From the NCBI RefSeq assembly GCF_006345805.1, contig NC_043002.1, positions 98,332,001 through 98,396,000 on the forward strand: a stretch of DNA of 64,000 nucleotides, in the 5' to 3' direction. Made by a program: the position numbers and the translations under genes. Source of the stretch: Octopus sinensis (lineage: Eukaryota). How positions within the stretch are numbered: position 1 is the stretch's first letter; each line of letters opens with the position of its first letter. Below, piece by piece: positions 51,906 to 62,689 of this stretch. The notes below the pieces were generated by a model, which was not told where the DNA came from, searched no databases, and saw only the letters and a list, made by a program, of their open reading frames with translations.

Positions 51906-53159
51906 GTATATTTTCTTACAGATCTATGCAATTTGTAAGTTCAGTTTCAGCTTGTATTTTATTTTCTTGAGTAAATTGTATTTGGGATTTCATAGTGCTG
52001 AATTTTTTCTTCCTGACTCAGCTTTAATATCATCTCCCCCACTTTATTGGAAAGAAAAGGAGTGAAAAAAACTGTCTTGTTAAGCTAAAAGATTGGAAAC
52101 ATAGCTTATCAATTGGAATTATAGAATTGCTGGTTGGTTGTCTTAATGGGACTCCTGGTTTTGTTTTTGTTTTGTTTGTTTCTCTCTTTTGGTTTTGTGA
52201 ATAGTTTACTTTTGTGATTTCCATTTTCCATTTAAATGATTTTGGGATACATTGCTGATTGCAAAATGACCGAATCATTAGCTAAATGTATACATGTAAC
52301 ATGCAAGTACATGTTTGAACCTGTATTAAAGTGGGTGGAACTTATAATATGTGTGTGTGTGTGTGGTGTGTGTATTTAGTTACATGTGATGTGCTTGTGT
52401 GGTTTATGTGTGTGTATGTATGTGTGTGTGTGTATGTGTATTTATGTATGTAAACACTGACTATACCAAGATATATATTACTCTACACTTGCAATTGAGT
52501 ACTCTAAGTTCGTTCATGCAAATTCATTGTTCCGTGTGTGTGTCTGTGTGCAACAATATGTGAGTGCATGTGCTTGTGCACATGAACTCACATACATTGA
52601 GATTCAAAACCACTACAGATACAGGCACAATATGCAGAATTGCAGAAGTTTAGTGTGCTCATACGCATACGTACAAATGTATACAAATATGCACATACAT
52701 TTGGTTAAAGATAAGTGACATGTGAAACACAAACCTGATAAATAAGACCATAAATTTTCTTTTTACATATGTTGCTGTAGCTGTTGTTATTGTTTTGTTG
52801 TAGCTCAGGCCATAGGTCAGGGACCAAACCCATGATCAAAAGCATTCCTTTCATGTAGATTTCACCCATTTATTTAGACATTGTGAATGTATGACTGCAT
52901 TATATCTAGTGTCCTTTGCGTGAAATGAATACCATGAGAAAGTAAAGAAAATGTGGTCTGCAAAACTCAGCTTACAATAAGCATATCAGGCACAACACTA
53001 ACCTGCATTGTCTATCCTGACGCCAGTATTTAGCATTTTGTATTGATCACTACAATAACTTAGTGAGCAAGGTTTAAGAAACTCAGAAATGTCTTAGTGT
53101 TACAGGTATTTCAAAATCAGTTAGGATGTTACAAATTTAAACAAAATAAAAGTATATGC

Positions 53160-53815
53160 CACTACGTGGCACCTTGGGCAAGTGTCTTCTACTATAGCCT
53201 CGGGCCGAACAAAGCCTTGTGAGTGGATTTGGTAGACGGAAACTGAAAGAAGCCCGTCTGCGGATGTGCTACCAGTGCCGGTGGCATGTCGAAACTCTGC
53301 TTGTGAAGACCCATTGAGGCAAGTGAGGATCAGAATCGAAATCGATCAATGGAAATTGCAGATGTGCTACCAGTGCCGGTGGCATGTCGAAACTCTGCTT
53401 GTGAAGACCCATTGAGGCAAGTGAGGATCAGAATCGAAATCGATCAATGGAAATTGCAGATGTGTTACCAGTGCCGGTGGCATGTAAGAGAACTTTCCGT
53501 TTCGCGACCGTTGCCAGCACCGCCCCGTTTCGTGTCCGTTGCCAGCCTCGCCTGGCCCTCGTGCCGGTGGCACATAAAAAGCACCATCCGTTCGTGGCCG
53601 TTTGCCAGCTCTGTCTGGCACCAGTACGGGTGGCACGTAAAAAGCACCCACTACACTCACGGAGTGGTTGGCGTTAGGAAGGGGCATCCAGCCGTAGACT
53701 AAACACTGCCAGATTGACTGGGCCTGATGAAGCCTTCTGGCTTCACAGACCCCAGTAGAACCGTCCAACCCATGCTAGCATGGAAACGGACGCTAAATGA
53801 TGATGATGATGATGA
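53160..53815 (+). mobile_element. Truncated family B SINE joined to an RTE 3' fragment containing a perfect 98-bp tandem duplication
   Basis: The SINE ends at GAAGCCCGTC (about 53258); the unit starts at 53263, 53361 and 53459; RTE motif and (GAT)n tail run to about 53815. Confidence 0.85.
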
Positions 53816-53829
53816 TATATATATATTCA

Positions 53830-54035
53830 AAATGTGACCGCATGTGTACCGTTGTCGATTTTCTTTCTCCGTCTTCCCTTCTTTTGATCTTTCCTTTTCC
53901 TATATTTCTGACGAAGAGCTCCGCTCGAAACGTTAAACCCTCCTTCTTTCCTTAGCGTCCAATAATACTATACTTGTTCCACGTCCTTGCGTTGTTGTAT
54001 TTTCTCTTTGTGTTTTCATGTTTGGATTAACTTTA
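53830..54035 (+). mobile_element. Penelope-like/retrozyme-like short repeat with a hammerhead motif
   Basis: Pyrimidine-rich leader, hammerhead core, about 100-bp trailer, (TA)n flanks; homologous to 45278-45436. Confidence 0.7.
53905..53937 (+). ncRNA. Minimal type I hammerhead ribozyme motif, intact core
   Basis: TTT-CTGACGA-A-GAGC(TCC)GCTC-GAAACGTT-AAA: CUGANGA and GAAA boxes, 4-bp stem II, palindromic ACGT stem III, GUU site, 3-bp stem I. Confidence 0.65.
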
Positions 54036-54042
54036 TATATAT

Positions 54043-54075
<33 letters not shown>

Positions 54076-54094
54076 TATATATGTATGTGTGTGT

Positions 54095-54320
54095 ATATAT
54101 TTGTGTGTCTGTGCTTGTCCCCCCCCCCCCAAAAAAAACATCGCTTGACAACCGATGCTGGTGTGTTTACATCCCCGTAACTTAGCGTTTCGGCAAAAAA
54201 AGACCGATAGAATAAGTACTAGGCTTACAAATAATAAGTCCTGAGGTCGATTTGCTCGACTAAAAAGCGGTGCTCCAGCATACCCACAGTCAAATGACTG
54301 AAACAAGTAAAAGAGTATTA
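54095..54320 (+). mobile_element. SINE family B, 3' half
   Basis: Tail consensus CATCGCTTGACAACCGATGCTGG...GAAACAAGTAAAAGAG. Confidence 0.85.
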
Positions 54321-54419
54321 TTTGACATACTATAATATTTAGCGTAATTTCTTGGGAAGTATGTAGCAAAGTTCATTATCTTTCTAAGTCTTATTCACAT
54401 AAAGGTTCTTTTAGTTGTT

Positions 54420-54635
54420 TCATCATGGATACGGCCGAACCACTCGTACACTTGTGTGCGGCTCATACAACCCCTCTCCATACAATTTCTGCAGCTTTGC
54501 GTAAGCTTCTAAGCAGGTATCGCCATGGCAACTCCCGCTGTCATGGTTAATGCGACGATCACACGCTACACACCTTCCTTCCAAGCACTGCAGTAAACAT
54601 CAGAAGTGAGCCAGAGCGTTAAAACTTAGTGCGCA
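54420..54635 (-). pseudogene. Mariner transposase 5' fragment (N-terminal HTH) with its 5' UTR
   Basis: With one frameshift it reads GDTCLEAYAKLQKLYGEG/CMSRTQVYEWFGR, typical of the mariner N-terminal helix-turn-helix (YGxxxxSRxxVYxWF). Confidence 0.8.
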
Positions 54636-55115
54636 TACACACACACTTCACTTCATACAACGACGCATATGGAGACACACGTCCATACATATGGAAATAC
54701 ATGTCCACATATATGGAGATACACATCCATAGATAGACGCAGTACATAGTCACAAAAACCCGTACACTCACACTCAGACATACATACACAAGGAAACAGA
54801 GGCACCGTTAGGTTACTATGTGTTGTATTTCCGAATCATCTCAGTCTGTAATAGTTGCTATTTTAATCTTTTAGTCTTAATTGAAACAGCTGTAAGAGAA
54901 TATGTTGGATTTTTGTAGATAATAAATTATATTAATGTTATATCTCCATTTTCTTAATTTTCTTCGAATATTTATTAACCAAGATTTATATTTAAACCTA
55001 TTATTTTATGAATATCATTATACACAAAAAATATTAGGTAATGCACCAGTAATTCATTGGATATTACTATCCATTAATGTGGTTATTTTAACCTCTAATT
55101 GAATATATATATATA

Positions 55116-55517
55116 TCTATATATATAAAACTGAAGTTGTGTAGTGTCTGTCTCCTACGATTTACATTCCTAACTACTCCCACATTTTGCGGTGCAGTTT
55201 AACCAAAACCGGGTATCTTATAGTCGTGATTCATATCGAGCCCTTCTGGGTATTAGCGCGCGTCTACGATGAATCTACGATTTAAAAAAGAATTTACCAT
55301 AATTTTTTCCATTTTTAATGCATTTTTTTTGCTATTATATAAGGGAAGTAACTCTCTAAAAATATCTACGATGAGTCTACGATTTTAAAAAATTTACTAT
55401 CATTTTTTTCCATTTTTAATGCATTATTTTGCTATTATATAATGGAAGTAACTCTCTAAAAATGCTTATATAGTTATTTCCCTTACAAACCCGAGCAACG
55501 CCGGGCGATACTGCTAG
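55116..55517 (+). mobile_element. Non-autonomous Helitron with an internal duplication of about 100 bp
   Basis: A^TCTATATATATAAAA start, CCCGAGCAACGCCGGG hairpin, CTAG^T end. Confidence 0.85.
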
Positions 55518-55742
55518 TATATATATTATATATATATATATAGGTGCATGTATATGTGTCTATATAAATATCTGCATATATGATTGCATATGTGTTTATA
55601 TAGATGTATGACTGCATGTGTTCATGTATATAAGTACATATATCACTTATGTATACTTACATCAGCCTGTGTGTGTGTATACACACACATACAAATGTGT
55701 GTGTGTGTACACACCACATTTATGCGTGCATGTATCCGTATA

Positions 55743-55793
<51 letters not shown>

Positions 55794-55899
55794 CAATATA
55801 GGGTGGCAAGGAAAATTTTGTAGAATTTTATTGCCACCAGCGGCCCGTGGGAAAAAATTAAATAGTCATAGACCATTTTTAAGTTCAACATTAACTTAA

Positions 55900-56304
55900 G
55901 GAACGGCCATAATAGGCCATTCACCCCTAGAAATAACAGCCAAAGCTTCTAACCGCAAATAAAGATTAATTCCGTAAACAGGAGAAAATTAAAAAAATTA
56001 AAAAAACATTTACCCTGTAATTTCTTGTACGGTATACCGTTTCATCCGCTGTTTAATGGTAAACTAACCTGATTAAATTAAATCAAGCCATCTTCCATAA
56101 GCCCTCCCGAGGGCTTATGGAAGATTGGCTTGATTTAATTTAATCAGGTTAGTTTACCATTAAACAGCGGATGAACGGTATACCGTACAAGAAATTACAG
56201 GGTAAATGTTTTTTAATTTCTCCTGTTTACGGAATTAATCTTTATTTGCGGTAGAAGCTTTGGCTGTTATTTCTAGTGGGTGAATGGCCTATTATGGCCG
56301 TTCC
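55900..56304. mobile_element. Fully palindromic (foldback) MITE, Kolobok-type ends
   Basis: TTAA at 55896-55899 and 56305-56308; termini GGAACGGCC...GGCCGTTCC. Arms 55900-56106 and 56109-56304 are reverse complements apart from a few small indels, with a 2-nt centre. Confidence 0.9.
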
Positions 56305-57821
56305 TTAATTGTTAATATATATATATATATATATAAACGAATATGCACGTGCATATATATATAAGAATATGCAAATATGTATGTATTTAATACTCACGCT
56401 TGGAAACAAAACACTATGAAAACATTGATAATTATTGAAGTCCTTAATAGGTCAGATCTGTAAGTCAGCTGACCTGGTTGATATCTGCCCTCTCTGTGCT
56501 ACCCGTGTGTCCATTACTTTCTCTAAACCTTTGTTCTTTGTCTCCTGTTTGTCGCCTTTGCTCTTTTCTGGTCAGACTCTACGGAGACTGTGCATGACTT
56601 GCACATTTTAGTAACGCTGGTACGCCTGCTTTATTCATTTGGTCACACGCACAGTTGCATATAAATACATACAAACAATTGCATGTATATACACACACAC
56701 ACACATTTACATCTATATGTATACATGCTTGCACATACCTCATGTACACACGCTCTTACAAATACTGAAATACATGGACATAGGAGCGTTCACACACCTA
56801 CACTACACATAACTCATTAATTAAATGTTTGCCTATTAAGGTGACTATGAGAACGGCTCTTAGTATTTACTGAAATGTTGTGTCCTTGAGCAAGACACAT
56901 AGCTTTACGTACGCTACGTCTGCTTGTCTGAATGAAAAGAAGAGAAAAAAATTACTCATTCAAATAGTTGAGTTCTGTGATTGGTCAGTTGTTTGTAAAA
57001 GGACATTCGTTTGTAAAAGCTAATTGCTCCAACCAAGCCAGTAAGTTAAGTTTTTTTTAGAAATATCAGCCAAATCACACCTTGCAGTGTTTAAGGAATG
57101 ACACATTTTTCTCTGTAAGAACTACATTATCCTAGTCTCTGAAGAAATAAATTGAGATGATCACAACTGGAACGCCGTTAATTTGATTCTGTTTGGCCAG
57201 GAGGACACATGACCACCATTGCCAAAAACCAAAATATTAATAATAAAATCACATAGATCGATTGCTAGCTTTAAAGAAAATAGATGCATATATATATATA
57301 TATTATATTATATTAAATTAGCGATAAAACCACTATTAGGCAAATCAAACAGTGAAAAACATAATCCAATACATAAAATTAATTTAAATATAAAAGTTAA
57401 AATTTAAAAAATTATTAAATAATTTAAACTTATAAATTTTAAATATATATATATATATACAAATATTTATATATATATGTATGTATATTTTTATATTATA
57501 TATTATTTTATTTATTTATTAATTTTTTATTTTTTATTTTTTATTTTTTTTTATTATATAAATATCAAAAGTATTAAAAGTTTAATAAAAGATAAAGAGT
57601 AAAACACTATATATATATATTATATATATATATTATATATATATATATGATTGATTGATTGATTGATTGATTCTAGTTTCAGCTCACGAGCTGTGGCCAT
57701 GCTGGGGCACCGCCATTGGTGCTGCTACATGGTTTTACTTCACGAATGCTTTTTAGCAACTGCCATTATATATATGTGTATATAGATATATATATATATT
57801 ATATATATATATATAGATATA

Positions 57822-57895
<74 letters not shown>

Positions 57896-59035
57896 CAGAG
57901 GGATGGATAGATTGATACGCGCACAGATTTATTGTAGGGCTTTTACCTTGCCCTCCTATACAAATCTGTCTTCATATGTACGTAAGAAATTTTCTTTTGT
58001 GAGCGAATTTGGAGACCTTCTACGTGGTTGTTTCATATAATTCCATTAATGCTAAAACACATAATAGATATTGATCCTAGCACTTGACTTTTATTTTATT
58101 AGTCCCTGGCAAAGGTGATTTCGGTAGGATTGAGCTCAACCTAAAGACCCGTAACTAGATAGTGCAGGCATTTTGTACTACGTTTTAAATGGTTCGGCCA
58201 ATTGCTGGTCTGATGATGTTTCTGCAGAGACGTTAGAATGTATTCGTTCGGTATTTGTTCGGACGCGGTGTGTACCAAGTTCAAATCTCGCCCGGGTCAG
58301 GCAAATTTGCCTTTCATATTTTCAGAATTGATAGAAACAAAAAAAGTCGGAGATGATGTATTGGTGGAACTGAGGGAACGTCCGAGCGTTGCTTTGCAGT
58401 ATTTGTTCCGACTGTGTACGTTCCGAGACCATCGCCATGGTCTAGATAGGTGGTACGCCTCCCGGATTCACATCATCACCTCTCATCTTGGATGCTTTTT
58501 AGAAGTGTCCACTCCTTTGGGAGCATTCGGTCCAAAACTCCCGTTCAAAGAAATCCTCTTTCCTCCATCCCGTCAGTCTTGGAAGGCTCTATAGAAAATC
58601 AGAAGCCCCACTTTCCCTCCTGACTAAAAAAGAAAGCAACTAAATCGACCTCAAAATTACACAAAAACGGAAGGAGATAATTATGTAGCCCTAGATATAC
58701 TTTTGGAGGAAAAAATCGTGATGGTCATAGATGAATGCCTTTTGATCATAAGTATGTTTATACAGGGTGACTTTGGGCTAAAAAAAAAAAAATAGCAATA
58801 TCGATATTATTGCTGTTCAGCAATAAAAAAATAGAAATAACAAAAGTAAATGGATCTTCGTCGCTTGCGACGGTGTGTTGTTCGACTTCTTATTACACTA
58901 ACGTAAAAATTGTTGAATATTCTGCAGATTAAGTATCCTAACGTAGATCCTCTAGCAAGATAAATCTGTGTGATAAAACTGGACCATTGATTTACACAGA
59001 TGTAACCCATTCGATCTCTTTCTCTTTTTTTTTTT

Positions 59036-59430
59036 TTTTACTTGTTTCAGTCATTTGACTGCGGCCATGCTGGAGCACCGCCTTTAGTCGAGCAAATCGA
59101 CCCCGGGACTTATTCTTTTTGTAAGCCCAGTACTTATTCTATCGGTCTCTTTTGCCGAACCGCTAAGTGACGGGGACGTAAACACACCAGCATCGGTTGT
59201 CAAGCAATGCTAGGAGAACAAACACAGACACACAAACATATTCACACACACTTATATATATATACATATATACGACAGGCTTCTTTCAGTTTCCGTCTAC
59301 CAAATCCACTCATTGGTCGGCCCGGGGCTATAGCAGAAGACACTTGCCCAAGATGCCACGCAGTGGGACTGAACCCGGAACTATGTGGTTGGTTAGCAAG
59401 CTACTTACCAAACAGCTACTCCTGCGCCTA
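59036..59430 (-). mobile_element. SINE family B, full length
   Basis: Matches the consensus, CpG intact. Confidence 0.9.
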
Positions 59431-59554
59431 TATGTTGACTTTCTTTTAAAGATGATATGAAGTGATTTGAGGGAGGCATGGTGATTACCTCTAGCAGATC
59501 TAGCGAACGAACATATAGTTCTTTTTTTTTTTTTTTTTGTGTGCACAGTAACTC

Positions 59555-59960
59555 TCAGAAACGTTAGCGCGCCGGGCGAAATGCTTAGCGGTATTTCGTC
59601 TGTCGTTACGTTCTGAGTTCAAATTCCGCCAAGGTCGACTTTGCCTTTCATCCTTTCGGGGTCGATTAAATAAGTACCAGTTACGCATTGGGGTCGATAT
59701 AATCGACTTAAATCCGTTTGTCTGTCCTCGTTTGTCCTCTCTGTGTTTAGCCCTTTGTGGGTAATAAAGAAATAGGTATTTCGTCTGTCGTTACGTTCTG
59801 AGTTCAAATTCCGCCGAGGTCGACTTTGCCTTTCATCCTTTCGGGGTCGCTAAATTAAGTACCAGTCACGCACTGGGGTCGATGTAATCGACTTAATCCG
59901 TTTGTCTGTCCTTGTTTGTCCTCTCCATGTTTAGCCCCTTGTGGGTAGTAAAGAAATATA
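59555..59960 (+). mobile_element. Tandem dimer of SINE family A2; the second unit lacks the 5' head
   Basis: Unit 1 tail AAAGAAATA runs directly into GGTATTTCGTCTG of unit 2 (about 59775). Confidence 0.9.
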
Positions 59961-60791
59961 TATTTATTGTTGATGGATGCGAAATCTCTTCCTTCTCATT
60001 TACTAACTGACCTTGTAGCAGGTTTAAGTAACCGTTATTGCGATATCAAGTTGAATTGTATTACGTATTTTTGTCTTTATCTTATTGTTCTTAATCATCA
60101 TCCTCATCATCATCATCACCATCATCATATCATCATCATCATCATCGTCGTGGTTGTCGTTGACGTGGTTTAAACTTGCAAAATATACTATGCAGTTGAT
60201 GACTGCCAATTTTCACCTGGGTGGCAGATTAACAAACACAAAGAAAGCTACTGAAAAACAAAACAAAAAAAAAAAGAAGGAACCCATCCCTGCTATTAAA
60301 AAAAATTCAAAAAATAAAAACAAATCCGAGGAACCATACAAAAATAAGTTAAACAATAAACACACACACACACATCTGACCTTCATCTCCTCCTCTTCGT
60401 CTACGCTCCTCCCCACTCTCCTTCTCATCATTCTCCCTTTCAGGCTAAAATAAAATAAAATAACGAACAAAAAGAAACCTTTGTAGTTTTTCCTTGTGTT
60501 TGTTACCTTAAGGTACATTTTGTTAGTAACACAACAAGACATAATAAACACCTAAAAACAAAAGCTAGAGACTACTTGAAGTTCCTTTTGATGGTATTTA
60601 TAGCTACTAACCAGGTCTTTTCCATCTCTGTATACGTTTGGTGTGTGCATATATTATGTGTGTACCTATGTATGTTTAAACTGGTTGCTCTCTTCACATT
60701 TTTTTTTTTATTACTCGTTGTATATTTGAGTTTCTCTAGTTTTTTCTTCTGTGTATTTAAAGCCTCTCTTCTTTCTTAATTTTATAGTTAA

Positions 60792-61129
60792 CTAGCAGTA
60801 TCGCCCGAGTTATAGCCAAAAAATGCATTAAAAATGGAAAAAAAATTATGGTAAATTTTTTTTTAAATCGTTGACTCATCGTAGACATTTTTAGAGAGTT
60901 ACTTCCCTTATATAATAGCGAAAAAATGCATTAAAATGGAAAAAAATTATGGTAATTTTTTTTTAAATCGTAGACTCATCGTACACGCGCGCTAATACCC
61001 AGAAGGGCTCGATATGAATCGCGACTATAAGATACCCGGTTTTGGTTAAACTGCACCGCAAAATGTGGGAGTAGTTAGGAATCTAAATCGTAGGAGACAG
61101 ACACACAACTTCACTTTTATATATAAAGA
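60792..61129 (-). mobile_element. Non-autonomous Helitron (same family as 55116-55517) with the subterminal hairpin deleted
   Basis: A^TCTTTATATATAAAA start and CTAG^T end on the minus strand; GCTATAACT is joined directly to CGGGCGATACTGCTAG. Confidence 0.85.
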
Positions 61130-61138
61130 TGTTTAATT

Positions 61139-61232
61139 CAGGCTCGGGCCGCACTACTAAAAAATATCGAGGTAACTTTTCGTTCGATGTGCCCTTCAGA
61201 GAGTTCTGCGGGCTGCACTTGGCCCGTGCCTG
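61139..61232. mobile_element. hAT-type MITE, 94 bp
   Basis: TIRs CAGGCTCGGGCC and GGCCCGTGCCTG; 8-bp flanks GTTTAATT/ATTTAATT (7 of 8 match). Confidence 0.75.
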
Positions 61233-61329
61233 ATTTAATTATTCCGATTTCTTTCTCTCTCTACCGCATCTTTCTCTGGTTCTTCCCTTTCTCTCATCAT
61301 CCTTTCTTTACTAGAGTCCCATTGATATT

Positions 61330-61990
61330 CGGCGAGCTGGCAGAAACGTTAGCACGCCGGGCGAAATGCGTAGCCGTATTTCGTCTGCCGTTACGTTCTG
61401 AGTTCAAATTCCGCCGAAGTCAACTTTGCCTTTCATCCTTTCAGGGTCGATTAAATAAGTACCAGTTACGCACTGGGGTCGATATAATCAACTTAATCCG
61501 TTTGTTTGTCCCCTCTATGTTTAGCCCCTTGTGGGTAGTAAAGAAACAGATATTTAGTGTAATTTTTAAAGCGGCAAGCTGGCAGAATCGCGAAATAATA
61601 CTTAACGGCATTTCGTCCCTATTTACTTTCTGAGTTCAAATTCCCCCGAGTCAACTTTACCTTTTATCCTTTCGGGTCGACAAAAAATAAAGTACCAGTT
61701 GAGCACTTGGGTCAGTATCGACTTACCCCGTCCCTAGAACTTGATGGCGTTGTGTCAAAATTTGAGATTCAAGGTGACAAGCTGGTAGAATCGTCAGTAC
61801 GCCGAGGAAAATGCATAACGCTATTTCGTTTGTTTTCATTCATGTTCCGAGTTCAAATTCTGCCGCGGTCGCTTTTGCATTTTATCCTTTTGGAATCGAT
61901 AAAATAAGTAGCAGATGTGCACCGAGGTCGATGTAATTGACTTACTCACTTTCCCCAAATTACTTGCCTTGTGCCAAAATTTGAAATCAA
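61330..61990 (+). mobile_element. Chain of three family A/A2 SINEs
   Basis: Heads at about 61330, 61570 and 61775. Confidence 0.8.
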
Positions 61991-62214
61991 TATCATTGTA
62001 AAAGTTTATTATTGCTAAGCACTGACATTGAGTCCAATGTACGGGCGAGGAAAGAAGACAAATGCTGATTTTGACAAAACATATCCTATTCTCAAATGAT
62101 CTGTAGCAAGACATTTATCCGTGATTATTATAGGCGGCTTCTCTCTCTTTCTCAGGTCACCCCTGAAGGAGCGGACGTATGATCAAAATCATGTGACCAT
62201 CCCTCCCTCCCTCC

Positions 62215-62249
<35 letters not shown>

Positions 62250-62689
62250 GTGTAGTGTTTTCTATTGGAGGGTATGATTTAAGTGAAATCTGGGTGTTAC
62301 TTCTTGGAAATTGGCGACAATGTTAGAGGTTCTGTTGTTGGATGTGTGTGTGTCTATTTGTGTATGCATCCTACCACACCCTCCGGATGCGTAGAGCCTT
62401 TTTACTTACGACCTCACGCCACATTAAGTTTTTGAGTCCATTAAAATTTCAGAGGCCAGTTTGTCTTTAACGCAAAGCTCTATATCAACGTTTCGCAGTG
62501 AAATTTACTTTTCATAGGACCTCTTTAAGGTGGAGAAGTTGTACTTAAAACGGAAAGTACTGGAACAGATACCGCAAAGCATCTCGTACCACTTTTTAAC
62601 AATTCTACCACTCCCTTATTTATCAACTTTGAAGGGATGAAAGACAAAGTTGACCTCGATAGTGTGTGTGTGTGTGTACACACACCACA

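Noticed and set aside
53724-53750. CTGATGAAGCC-TTCT-GGCT hairpin resembling a hammerhead
   Set aside because: No GAAA box follows, and sister RTE copies read CTGGTGCAGCC here.
54519-54532. RFX X-box-like ATCGCCATGGCAAC with a good Kozak ATG
   Set aside because: It lies inside the antisense of the mariner transposase fragment, apparently at a deletion junction; the ORF is only 23 codons.
304-60453. Most ORFs in the six-frame track ([16 protein letters not shown] and similar)
   Set aside because: They are translations of microsatellites or SINE bodies, not genes.
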